This document shows, piece by piece, positions 1-7,822 of a stretch of DNA of 23,702 nt. Each line of letters opens with the position of its first letter. Position 1 is the first letter of the stretch. The notes beneath the pieces were generated by a model. It was not told the DNA's origin, made no database searches, and worked only from the letters and a program-made list of their open reading frames with translations. The translations under genes and the position numbers were made by a program. The stretch lies in IMG/VR virus record IMGVR_UViG_2645727555_000014, one strand, 5' to 3'. Source of the DNA: a virus (lineage: Duplodnaviria > Heunggongvirae > Uroviricota > Caudoviricetes).

Positions 1-705
1 TACAACACCATTGAGATGGCGTCGCTGGAATCCTGCATCCGTGAAGATCTCAACGAAAATGCCCCGCGCGCAATGGCGGTTATCGATCCGGTGAAACTGG
101 TTATCGAAAACTACCAGGGCGAAGGCGAAATGGTCACCATGCCGAACCATCCAAACAAACCGGAAATGGGTAGCCGTCAGGTGCCGTTTAGCGGTGAGAT
201 TTGGATCGACCGCGCCGATTTCCGCGAAGAAGCTAACAAGCAGTACAAACGTCTGGTGCTGGGTAAAGAAGTGCGTCTGCGTAATGCTTACGTCATTAAG
301 GCTGAACGCGTGGAGAAAGATGCCGAAGGCAATATCACCACCATCTTCTGTACCTACGATGCCGATACTTTAAGCAAAGATCCGGCAGATGGTCGTAAAG
401 TGAAAGGCGTTATCCACTGGGTAAGCGCGGCCCATGCGCTGCCGGTTGAAATTCGCCTGTACGACCGTCTGTTCAGTGTACCGAACCCAGGTGCTGCGGA
501 TGATTTCCTGTCGGTGATTAACCCGGAATCGCTGGTGATCAAACAGGGCTTTGCTGAACCGTCGCTGAAAGAAGCGGTAGCGGGTAAAGCATTCCAGTTT
601 GAGCGTGAAGGTTATTTCTGCCTCGACAGCCGCCATTCCACGGCGGAAAAACCGGTATTTAACCGCACCGTTGGGCTGCGTGATACCTGGGCGAAGTTAG
701 GTTAA
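1..705 (+). CDS. glnS: glutaminyl-tRNA synthetase, C-terminal part (5' end lies outside the window)
   Basis: Open frame from window position 1 with no start codon in window, stop TAA at 703-705. Translation (...[34 protein letters not shown]...[13 protein letters not shown]) matches my recollection of the C-terminal anticodon-binding region of enterobacterial GlnRS. Followed by an intrinsic terminator. Confidence 0.95.
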   Translation, partial: YNTIEMASLESCIREDLNENAPRAMAVIDPVKLVIENYQGEGEMVTMPNHPNKPEMGSRQVPFSGEIWIDRADFREEANKQYKRLVLGKEVRLRNAYVIKAERVEKDAEGNITTIFCTYDADTLSKDPADGRKVKGVIHWVSAAHALPVEIRLYDRLFSVPNPGAADDFLSVINPESLVIKQGFAEPSLKEAVAGKAFQFEREGYFCLDSRHSTAEKPVFNRTVGLRDTWAKLG

Positions 706-728
706 TAGGTATTTCGCCACATAAAAAA

Positions 729-756
729 GTAAACGCCGCTACTGCGGCGTTTTTTA
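729..756 (+). terminator. rho-independent terminator of glnS; also sits at the 3' end of the convergent minus-strand operon
   Basis: Stem acgccgc (733-739), loop tact, stem gcggcgt (744-750), then T-run 751-755. The stop codon of the convergent methylase gene (754-756) lies inside the T-run. Confidence 0.75.
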
Positions 757-1659
757 CTTCATTATCGCAATTATATCGTTAGCAACTACACGTGTTGACG
801 CCTTGCAGGAAACCGACCGTCTGGCTGCCATATGATGTACTTTAAACCCGTTTCCTTCATATAGTTCACGGATGTTTGGCGCACCACTATTTGTTATCAC
901 TACCTTAGCGCCGCGCTGGTGGGCTTCCACCAATAGAGATACCAGCCGTTTCTGTTCGTCGAAACGGAAGCTATTTCCTGAATAACTGGTAAACCCTTCT
1001 GTATCCGGCAGCGGTTCATACGGCGGATCGCAAAAAATCACATCGCCTTCACCAGCCGCCTCGATGACGCCAGCAAAGTCACCTGATACAAAGGACGTGT
1101 TTTTGAGTACGTCATCAGCCAAAAATGCCTCCATCTCTGCATGTGGGAAGTAGGGCGCTTTGTATTTGCCATACCCCACGTTGAACTCGCCATTTTGGTT
1201 GTACCGCGTTACGCCATTAAAACAGTGCCGATTAAGGTACAAAAAGGCGGCAGCATGATGTAGCTGGTCATACTTTCCTCTGTTAAATGCCTCACGCACT
1301 TCGAGGTAAGCGTCAGCGTTGTTGTAATTTTGGAAAAAACTATATGACAGCGTGACGAGCGAATGTCCTTCTCGCTGCAATGTCTGATAGAAGTTAATCA
1401 GGTCACCGTTAATATCATTAAGCAGGTTGTGGTGAAATCCTGCATTTGTAAATACGGAACCGCCACCAACGAATGGTTCTATTAACCGCTTGCCGTGTGG
1501 TAGATGCTCAAGCACTGTAGGCAACTCTGAGAATTTACCGCCTACCCATTTGAAGATCGGGCGCTCATATTCATCCGGAGTCCGAATGGTGCGCATATAG
1601 CTAATTTCAGCCATCGTATCCTGTTTTTTTATGGCTATGCTTGCTATAGATTTACTCAT
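754..1659 (-). CDS. DNA adenine methyltransferase, Dam family (N6-adenine, DPPY motif)
   Basis: Translation contains FKWVGGK...EPFVGGGSVF...FLYLNR...GEFNV...FCDPPYEP, colinear with Dam as I recall it. Start chosen at ATG 1659 (strong AAGGGGG SD; overlaps the upstream gene stop); alternative start ATG 1614 with an AGGA SD. Confidence 0.85.
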   Translation of the reverse strand: MSKSIASIAIKKQDTMAEISYMRTIRTPDEYERPIFKWVGGKFSELPTVLEHLPHGKRLIEPFVGGGSVFTNAGFHHNLLNDINGDLINFYQTLQREGHSLVTLSYSFFQNYNNADAYLEVREAFNRGKYDQLHHAAAFLYLNRHCFNGVTRYNQNGEFNVGYGKYKAPYFPHAEMEAFLADDVLKNTSFVSGDFAGVIEAAGEGDVIFCDPPYEPLPDTEGFTSYSGNSFRFDEQKRLVSLLVEAHQRGAKVVITNSGAPNIRELYEGNGFKVHHMAARRSVSCKASTRVVANDIIAIMK

Positions 1660-2302
1660 AGAGCACCCCCTTATTCGCTTCGAAAACTGCCTTTGCGAAT
1701 CCATGCGGAGTAGCACTTCGAAAATTAGCCCTTTCAGGTCCAGGTGGCGCGGTATGGATTCTGTTATCTGGCTTGCCTAATGATTCGTCCATTAGGGCAT
1801 CAGGCATGACAAAGCCTTGCCCGCTCCAGAGGCATGTTTTTTTGGTGTAATTGTCTTCCTTGCAATATGCAGTGAAGTGGTAAGGATGGAAGATGTGATC
1901 AGGTTTACGCCAGAATGTCGATATTTGGCTGACCGGGTTTTCAATCATGTACGGGCAACCAATCATCTTTGCAATATCGTAACACTGCCAGACGACCTGC
2001 ATCGCTTTGAACTGGAAAAACGGATCTTTGTCAGCCTTATGCGCAAACCAGCGCGCACCGGAAACAGCAAGGTCCGTGCACGGCGGAAAACCAGCTAAAA
2101 ACACAATACGTTGTAAATTATTTCGGAGAAAAGCATAAACTTCATCACTATCGATAATCGCACTGATACGTGTCAGAACTGCGCCTGATTGCATCAGCTC
2201 ATCTCTGGTCTCTGCGTGTTGTGGATCGACGATAACAGCATCTATACCATGCTCCAGCCAGGGGGCGACCATTTTCCCCGTGAAATCACAAAGACTCACC
2301 AT
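1652..2302 (-). CDS. putative DNA (cytosine-5)-methyltransferase-like protein (atypical, short)
   Basis: Contains GFPPCTDLAVSG (resembles C5-MTase motif IV GFPCQ.FS) and YMIENPV (resembles the ENV motif). Motif I is degenerate. Start taken at internal ATG 2302 because the longer ORF (to 2431) would overlap rdgC by over 100 nt. Assignment is from motif recall only. Confidence 0.45.
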   Translation of the reverse strand: MVSLCDFTGKMVAPWLEHGIDAVIVDPQHAETRDELMQSGAVLTRISAIIDSDEVYAFLRNNLQRIVFLAGFPPCTDLAVSGARWFAHKADKDPFFQFKAMQVVWQCYDIAKMIGCPYMIENPVSQISTFWRKPDHIFHPYHFTAYCKEDNYTKKTCLWSGQGFVMPDALMDESLGKPDNRIHTAPPGPERANFRSATPHGFAKAVFEANKGVLYE

Positions 2303-2315
2303 CAGAGGTCTATTG

Positions 2316-3221
2316 TTAACGTTCTGCTTCACCACCAACGGCCTCCACCAGCGAAGTGAACATCGCGGATAATTCAGCAGTAAACAGGATAAAGTCAGCG
2401 TCAAATCGTTGCGCAACATCCTCTCGATCAATATCGTCGTTCTGGTCGTACAATTCGTCGCTGAACGACAAAGCCTTGATACTCATATCGTCATTCAGTC
2501 TGAAAAATGCACGGTCTTGCCAGTTAACCGCAACTGTGGTTGCAACCTTACCAGCTTCTATATGACTCATGATCTCGTCGGATAGCAGGTCCACTTTTTT
2601 GCAGCGGACCGCGCCGCCATCATCAAGCAATGCTTTTAAGGTCGCTTCCTCACCGGCACGGAAACCGTTCGGGAAGCCATTTTTAATCCAGCCAGTGATG
2701 GTCAGTTCTAATGGGTCTTTCGGAGAGAAGGGGACAACGGGCAAGCTGCCAAGCGATTTCCGTAACAAAGCCAGCTGATCCTCTGCTTTTTTAGCACTGC
2801 TGGCCTCGACAAAAACCAGATGATTGCTTCGGTCTATCAGGATTTTAGCGACTGATTTTCTCGTGAAAGCACGAGGAAGCAGAGAGTGAAGCACTTCATC
2901 CTTCAGCGAATCTTTTTCAGTCTTCTTCAGCTTTCTGTCTTGCTCTTCTTCAAGTGTCAGGATTTTTTTCTGTAACTCTTCTTTGAGCACTTGAGAGGGT
3001 AGGATTTTTTCCTCTCGTTTATGCTGTATCAGAAGAAAACCTTGGTATTCATGGGTGAGGTTGTCGCCAAGAACGGGGGTCCAACCAGCTTTAGCCATAT
3101 CCTGAGAACCGCATGGGGTAAACACAAACTTGCTAAGGGCTGCATTTACTTCTGCAGTATCCCAGCTAACTTCGCGTGAAAGACGATAGATGAAGATATT
3201 TTTGAAAGCGACTGATCTCAT
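2316..3221 (-). CDS. rdgC: recombination-associated protein RdgC homolog
   Basis: 301 aa. N-terminus [13 protein letters not shown]...[14 protein letters not shown] and later [67 protein letters not shown] match E. coli RdgC (303 aa) as I recall it, essentially colinear. Confidence 0.85.
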   Translation of the reverse strand: MRSVAFKNIFIYRLSREVSWDTAEVNAALSKFVFTPCGSQDMAKAGWTPVLGDNLTHEYQGFLLIQHKREEKILPSQVLKEELQKKILTLEEEQDRKLKKTEKDSLKDEVLHSLLPRAFTRKSVAKILIDRSNHLVFVEASSAKKAEDQLALLRKSLGSLPVVPFSPKDPLELTITGWIKNGFPNGFRAGEEATLKALLDDGGAVRCKKVDLLSDEIMSHIEAGKVATTVAVNWQDRAFFRLNDDMSIKALSFSDELYDQNDDIDREDVAQRFDADFILFTAELSAMFTSLVEAVGGEAER

Positions 3222-3227
3222 GTCTCA

Positions 3228-3271
3228 CCATTTGTGTTAGAAAATACATATTAATTATCTAACACAAATGG
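3228..3271. promoter_or_regulatory. perfect 13-bp inverted repeat (ccatttgtgttag / ctaacacaaatgg) carrying the TTTTCTAACACAAA box, immediately upstream of rdgC
   Basis: 3228-3240 is the exact reverse complement of 3259-3271, with an 18-nt AT-rich spacer. Lies between the stop of the spike-like gene and the rdgC start codon; no T-run follows on the minus strand. Confidence 0.4.
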
Positions 3272-3280
3272 GTGCATTTT

Positions 3281-3934
3281 CTATCCTTTCTTGAAATCGA
3301 AGTTGCTAGCAGTGGCCTGAAAGGTTCCTCCTGCCTTGAAAGCTATGTCTCCGTTAGCGGTGACAGCAATATTTTCCCCTTTAACATTGATGTTGTTGGC
3401 TGATTTGACGTTAACACTCCCTCCTGCATTCACGATTACATCAGCCGGACCAATGATATATATCTGCCCGGACTCATTCATGCCAATCCTTGAGCCTGCT
3501 GCCGTATTGGCAATTTCATAGCCGCCACCAGCAGTTCGTACTTCAAGAATATTGTTGCGGTGAATAACGAAGTCTTTCGTTGCTGAGATTTTGGGGCGGG
3601 GAGGTGCTCCATCTACTTCCGGCGGCGTCCAGCCGTTGCCTTTGCCAGATGCTTCTGGTGCAACGTTTGGAATTCCTCCCGGTGCATCCTGAGCGGCACC
3701 AACTATCATTGGGCGTCTGGTGTCTATTCGACCGTTAACATCTAAATAAGGAAACTCTACCCAGACCAGGTCACCTTTGACTGTGGGTACAAAAGCGTTT
3801 CCGATGGGTAACAGGTATTCCGCCCAGGGTAGATCGTCATCAGGAACGCCATTCCAGTCAGGTAAAACACGGACTTGAGCACGCATAAGCCCTGCCGGGT
3901 GCACAGTTCCAACAATTTGCGCTCTACGCTTCAT
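3281..3934 (-). CDS. phage protein with gp5/gpV-like N-terminal OB-fold (putative baseplate spike-like), C-terminal Gly/Asn/Val-rich repeat region
   Basis: N-terminus GTVHPAGLMRAQVRVLPDWNGVPDDDLPWAEYLLPIGN...KGDLVWVEFPYLDVNGRIDTRRPMIVGA resembles the OB-fold of phage baseplate spike proteins. C-terminus has repetitive NVKSANNINVKGENIAVTANGDIAFKAGG. ATG 3934 overlaps the upstream stop (ATGA). Confidence 0.45.
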   Translation of the reverse strand: MKRRAQIVGTVHPAGLMRAQVRVLPDWNGVPDDDLPWAEYLLPIGNAFVPTVKGDLVWVEFPYLDVNGRIDTRRPMIVGAAQDAPGGIPNVAPEASGKGNGWTPPEVDGAPPRPKISATKDFVIHRNNILEVRTAGGGYEIANTAAGSRIGMNESGQIYIIGPADVIVNAGGSVNVKSANNINVKGENIAVTANGDIAFKAGGTFQATASNFDFKKG

Positions 3935-4911
3935 TTGTTCGGCACTCCCAATATCATTCGTGTTGTGTAGCCTACGCGGTCTTCAAAGTGCGCAACATTT
4001 TTTACTATCAGCTTACGGGGCATTGATTCATCAATGCGGTTTTCCTGGTCATAGCGGTATACGATAATCTCTATCACCATCCCCGGTTTTATATCAGGAT
4101 TGCCTGCGACTTCTATATCCATTTTGGGGACGAGAGACAGCTGCATATTGCGAAGAGTTTCCATATCAGAGTCGGATATATAACGCACTGGGAGTGAGCT
4201 ATCGCCATATTCGACGTAGCCATCGGTCATGGAATACCCAACAAAACGATATTGATTCTTTGCTGTTGTCGCATGTTCCTGTTGGAGTAGGCGCATTTTG
4301 GACAAAGTGTATTCTGCTTTAGGGTTATTCCCCTCGTAGGTAAATGATGGCGTTTGCTTCATCAGATCAGCCAGGGTGTAAAAGTTAAATTCCCCCCGGC
4401 ATACCCAACATAATGCACCTTTGTCTCGCGCTATCTCCGAAAGCATTTTTGACGGTTTGTCACCGGCATTCAGATGATATGTAACTGCGCGTTTTAGCAC
4501 GCTGCTGGTAATTTTAAGCTTGCCGGAATATGCCTTGAATATAGCGTCTGGTGTTTTGTTGGTATGTAAATTTGTGCGCGGGGAGGGGATCTTAAACCTG
4601 CGCACGTCTTCACTGACAGCAATAACGGTAACAACATCACCAGCCAGCATTGCAGACGTAACAAAGAAATCTGTTTTAAAAGTGCCTGCATTACCGTTTG
4701 GATCGCCCATTTCAGCCACCAGCGATGCACCGTATTTGGCTTTCCAGTCATCAATTACGGTGCCGGTAGCGTCATGAATTTCCAGTTTTAGCAAAGGGGC
4801 TTTGAGGCTGGTTTTTTCTACATATACTGCGGTAAAAATCCAGTCTCGTGGCACTTTGTTATCGTTAATGAGCACTGACTGTAGAAAATATTGTTGTAAC
4901 TCCTGGGCCAC
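3931..4911 (-). CDS. hypothetical phage protein (326 aa)
   Basis: Long ORF, translationally coupled both sides. First in-frame ATG is far inside, so a GTG start at 4911 is inferred (GGGGTGA upstream). No family recognised. Confidence 0.55.
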   Translation of the reverse strand: MAQELQQYFLQSVLINDNKVPRDWIFTAVYVEKTSLKAPLLKLEIHDATGTVIDDWKAKYGASLVAEMGDPNGNAGTFKTDFFVTSAMLAGDVVTVIAVSEDVRRFKIPSPRTNLHTNKTPDAIFKAYSGKLKITSSVLKRAVTYHLNAGDKPSKMLSEIARDKGALCWVCRGEFNFYTLADLMKQTPSFTYEGNNPKAEYTLSKMRLLQQEHATTAKNQYRFVGYSMTDGYVEYGDSSLPVRYISDSDMETLRNMQLSLVPKMDIEVAGNPDIKPGMVIEIIVYRYDQENRIDESMPRKLIVKNVAHFEDRVGYTTRMILGVPNK

Positions 4912-4914
4912 TTA

Positions 4915-5682
4915 TCACCCCATAGATATCGAGGTTTCGGTAATAATACGTTTTGCGTCCAACTCCCATGCTGTGATCACGTCTGCAATCACACTTATCG
5001 GCGCTTGTGTGGCATAAATACGCTCTTCTCCAATTGGTGCTGAAACATCCGTAAAGCCGACTTCTTTGGAATCCTGTATCGAGCAAATCAGCGGGACCGG
5101 GACACGAACAAGGTGAGTGGTTGCTTCAAATTGTGTACCTGTCATCAGGCGAAGCCGTGCGCCCAGCGAATTACACATCAGACTCATGGTCGCTTTATCA
5201 GTTGCCATTAACGTAACGTCATACGTCAGAATGGCCTGGGTGTATTCCAGTTCTGCTAAAGGCATTCCGGTATCCGGTTCGCAAAAACTGGCTACTTTTT
5301 TGCGGTCAATCTGCTGATCATCGTTGATATAATTGATATCCATAGTGCGTGAGATATTGACCAGGGGGAGAGCATCCCGGTTAATGTTCTGGTTTTCAGG
5401 TTTTCTCCCTTGCCCGGCATTTGCGCGACGAACTGCTTTAAGAAACTCGATCGCATTGTCGAAACGGGCCACATAGACACGCTCTGCTGGTGGACGATTC
5501 AGGAATGACGCAAAGCGTTTTTCTTCCGGCGCGGGGGCCACCAGTAAGATATCAGAAAAAATGTTGCTGATTAGCGTCGCAAACGCGTTATCCACGTTTT
5601 CAAAGCCCGTGGTCTGGAATTTTCCTGTGCGTGAGGTTTGCCATTCACCTGTTCGCGCCAGGAGGGTTTTATTTGAAGTCAT
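4915..5682 (-). CDS. hypothetical phage protein (255 aa)
   Basis: ATG at 5682 overlaps the upstream stop (ATGA). No family recognised. Confidence 0.55.
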   Translation of the reverse strand: MTSNKTLLARTGEWQTSRTGKFQTTGFENVDNAFATLISNIFSDILLVAPAPEEKRFASFLNRPPAERVYVARFDNAIEFLKAVRRANAGQGRKPENQNINRDALPLVNISRTMDINYINDDQQIDRKKVASFCEPDTGMPLAELEYTQAILTYDVTLMATDKATMSLMCNSLGARLRLMTGTQFEATTHLVRVPVPLICSIQDSKEVGFTDVSAPIGEERIYATQAPISVIADVITAWELDAKRIITETSISMG

Positions 5683-6470
5683 TCGATCACTCCGTTTTGA
5701 GTCGTATCAAAATTCCTAGCAGGTATGCAGTAGTAAAGCGAACCAACATGCTGTGTGCCGTAGCTAAAAATACGGTGCACGTACCACCAGCGGCGCGCTA
5801 CGCCGTTTACCATCTCTTCATTCCATTCAAGAATTGAGCCGACGGGGACGTTATTTGCTGCAATACGCAGAATCAGAACATCATCGGTTAAGCCATCCTG
5901 CTCACCGTCTGCGTCAATCGCATGGAAAGAGTCACGCCCGTCAGGGTTATCCAGCACATAAACGATTTCAGGTTCCTGGTAAGTCAGTTCGCGTTGGTTG
6001 TTATCCAGTTCAGTGAATGACTCTTCTCCTGTTTCGTCGCTGACTACCCCATATGTGCCAACATCTGGTCGATATAAGAGAGCCTGAAACGCGTCTGGGC
6101 TGGATTCAATAATCAGCATCCAGTCTGCGCGGATTTGGTCGTTAAAGGCTTTATGCCCGTTATAGCGTGCTTTTAACTGTGGAGTCGGTTCTCTGCCAGC
6201 CAGGGAAGATGGAAGTATGGCTATATCTGATTCGCCAGCATCCGGAGTAAGGCCACCGTTGCTATCAGCAAAATTATCATGGCTATCAGCTTTGGCGGCG
6301 GGTTGCTCTTCCAGAATGCTGAATGAATCCGAACCTGTATTGCCATGTTCCGGCGCGCCTCCTGCATTCGCTTCAATCGGCGCTGGCGTTTCTCTCTGCG
6401 TGCTGTCATGTTCTGACTCCTTACTTGCCAGGTTTGCATCGTCAGCAAACCATTCGTCAAAACGGCCCAT
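5679..6470 (-). CDS. hypothetical acidic phage protein, first gene of the leftward operon
   Basis: ORF runs to 6482 with a TTG; start set at ATG 6470 preceded by AGGA. Low-complexity acidic central region. Stop overlaps the next start. Confidence 0.5.
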   Translation of the reverse strand: MGRFDEWFADDANLASKESEHDSTQRETPAPIEANAGGAPEHGNTGSDSFSILEEQPAAKADSHDNFADSNGGLTPDAGESDIAILPSSLAGREPTPQLKARYNGHKAFNDQIRADWMLIIESSPDAFQALLYRPDVGTYGVVSDETGEESFTELDNNQRELTYQEPEIVYVLDNPDGRDSFHAIDADGEQDGLTDDVLILRIAANNVPVGSILEWNEEMVNGVARRWWYVHRIFSYGTQHVGSLYYCIPARNFDTTQNGVIE

Positions 6471-6559
6471 AAGCATCCTCAAAGGTCGATCTGTCAGGTA
6501 TCGAAAGGAAGATTTTCTGGAGATTGTGATTTTGGATGAAGGAGGAGGAATTCATAAAA

Positions 6560-6587
6560 TGCACTTGCGCACAGTGCAACGGTGCGC
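6560..6587. promoter_or_regulatory. overlapping palindromes in the divergent promoter region upstream of higB (candidate HigA operator)
   Basis: TGCACT-tgcgcac-AGTGCA (6560-6578) and gcgcac/gtgcgc (6567-6572 / 6582-6587), located about 45-70 nt upstream of the higB start. Confidence 0.3.
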
Positions 6588-6632
6588 TATAGTTATGGCA
6601 TTCGGTAATCATCACGGAGGATCAAATGACTA

Positions 6633-6935
6633 ATGACCAAAAAAATTAACATAAAGGATTTCAGGGATGCGTGGCTTGATGATTTTTTTGAATTTTCAAC
6701 ACCACATAGAAAGATACCTCCTGATATTCATATGACATTGTCACGGAAGTTGGACATTATCAATGCCGCAACTACCTGTAAGGATTTAAGATCACCACCA
6801 GGTAATCGGTATGAGGAACTGTCAGGGAAGCTAAATGGCTATTCATCAGTAAGGGTGAATAAGCAATATAGGTTAATTTTTAAGTGGGTTAACGGAAAGG
6901 CCGAGGACTTGTATCTCGACCCTCACAAATACTAA
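6633..6935 (+). CDS. higB: type II toxin, HigB family (RelE/ParE superfamily, plasmid maintenance killer type)
   Basis: 100 aa, N-terminus MTKKINIKDFRDAWLDDFF and ...YRLIFKWVNGKAEDLYLDPHKY are typical of the HigB family. Followed by a HigA-type HTH antitoxin gene (toxin-first order typical of higBA). Confidence 0.8.
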   Translation: MTKKINIKDFRDAWLDDFFEFSTPHRKIPPDIHMTLSRKLDIINAATTCKDLRSPPGNRYEELSGKLNGYSSVRVNKQYRLIFKWVNGKAEDLYLDPHKY

Positions 6936-7005
6936 AACAGATACCCGGTTACGGACCGGGTTCTGACCAGAGTCCACTTAATACGCACGCTAGTAAGGGC
7001 AAAAA

Positions 7006-7344
7006 ATGAAACAGGCAACCAGAAAACCGACGACCGTAGGTGATATCCTGCTGTACGAATACCTGGAGCCGTTAGAGCTGAAGATCAACGAGTTGGCAGA
7101 AATACTTCATGTTCATCGTAACACCGTAAGTGCTCTTGTTAATAATAATCGTAAGCTAACGATGGATATGGCATATCGCCTGGCAAAAGCATTCGATACT
7201 TCTGTAGATTTTTGGATTAATCTTCAGACCGCAGTAGACCTGTGGGAAGTCGAAAATGATATGCGCGTTCAGGAAGAGTTAAGTCGTATCAATACTGCTG
7301 AAAAATTTATTTCTCAGCGGAACCTGAATAAAAAAGCAGCCTGA
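7006..7344 (+). CDS. higA: type II antitoxin HigA (XRE-type HTH)
   Basis: 112 aa; TVGDILLYEYLEPLELKINELAEILHVHRNTVSALVNNNRKLTMDMAYRLAKAFDTSVDFWINLQTAVDLW fits the HigA addiction-module antidote family pattern. AAGGG SD upstream. Confidence 0.85.
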   Translation: MKQATRKPTTVGDILLYEYLEPLELKINELAEILHVHRNTVSALVNNNRKLTMDMAYRLAKAFDTSVDFWINLQTAVDLWEVENDMRVQEELSRINTAEKFISQRNLNKKAA

Positions 7345-7365
7345 TATAGTAAAACACATACAAAA

Positions 7366-7394
7366 AGCCCACTTAGCAAGTGGGCTTTCCTTTG
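7366..7394 (+). terminator. hairpin after higA (terminator or attenuator)
   Basis: Stem agcccact (7366-7373), loop tagca, stem agtgggct (7379-7386), then ttcctttg. The next start codon (7401) follows directly. Confidence 0.5.
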
Positions 7395-7400
7395 TAATTA

Positions 7401-7760
7401 ATGAACATTAAACCTATCCGTACAGAACAAGATTATGAGGCCGCACTGCGTGCGGTCGAACCGATGTTCGATAACGAACCGGAAATGAATACTCCGGAAG
7501 GTGATTTCTTTGAGGTTATGAGTCTTCTCATTGAGGAGTACGAGAAAAAACATTACCCAATTGAGCCACCATCACCTATTGAGGCCATTAAATTCCGTAT
7601 GGAACAGCAAGGGCTGACCGTGAAGGATCTGGAACCGGCGATTGGTAAGTCAAATCGTGTTTACGAAGTGCTAAATGGGACACGAAATTTGACGTTACCT
7701 ATGATTCGCCGTTTACATTCCCAGCTTGGCATTCCTCTTGAAAGCTTGGTTGGTATTTGA
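7401..7760 (+). CDS. HTH DNA-binding protein resembling E. coli K-12 HigA (YgjM)-type antitoxins; no cognate toxin adjacent
   Basis: 119 aa. IRTEQDYEAALRAVEPMF and C-terminal GLTVKDLEPAIGKSNRVYEVLNGTRNLTLPMIRRLHSQLGIPLESL resemble the K-12 HigA (YgjM) HTH region as I recall it. No SD; an in-frame TAA sits just upstream at 7395-7397. Confidence 0.65.
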   Translation: MNIKPIRTEQDYEAALRAVEPMFDNEPEMNTPEGDFFEVMSLLIEEYEKKHYPIEPPSPIEAIKFRMEQQGLTVKDLEPAIGKSNRVYEVLNGTRNLTLPMIRRLHSQLGIPLESLVGI

Positions 7761-7822
7761 GTTTGGTGGTCTGGATGACCGCTATTTTCATAAAATAGAT
7801 ATTAGAAATCACGGTAGTTTAT

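Noticed and set aside
354-636. Minus-strand ORFs 354-542 and 370-636
   Set aside because: They lie antisense inside the highly conserved glnS coding region; the glnS frame explains the sequence.
1817-2098. Plus-strand ORF of 93 aa
   Set aside because: Antisense within the methyltransferase-like gene 1652-2302; no SD; likely a chance ORF.
2303-2431. N-terminal extension of the ORF 1652-2431
   Set aside because: Would overlap the 3' end of rdgC by more than 100 nt; the internal ATG at 2302 gives a compact gene, so the extension was not annotated.
2356-2778. Plus-strand ORFs 2356-2565 and 2569-2778
   Set aside because: Antisense within the rdgC homolog; Ser-rich low-complexity translations.
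6217-6633. Plus-strand ORF of 138 aa
   Set aside because: Overlaps the acidic minus-strand gene 5679-6470, which is translationally coupled to its neighbours; the plus-strand translation is low-complexity (Ser/Ala/Leu-rich) and looks like an out-of-frame artefact.
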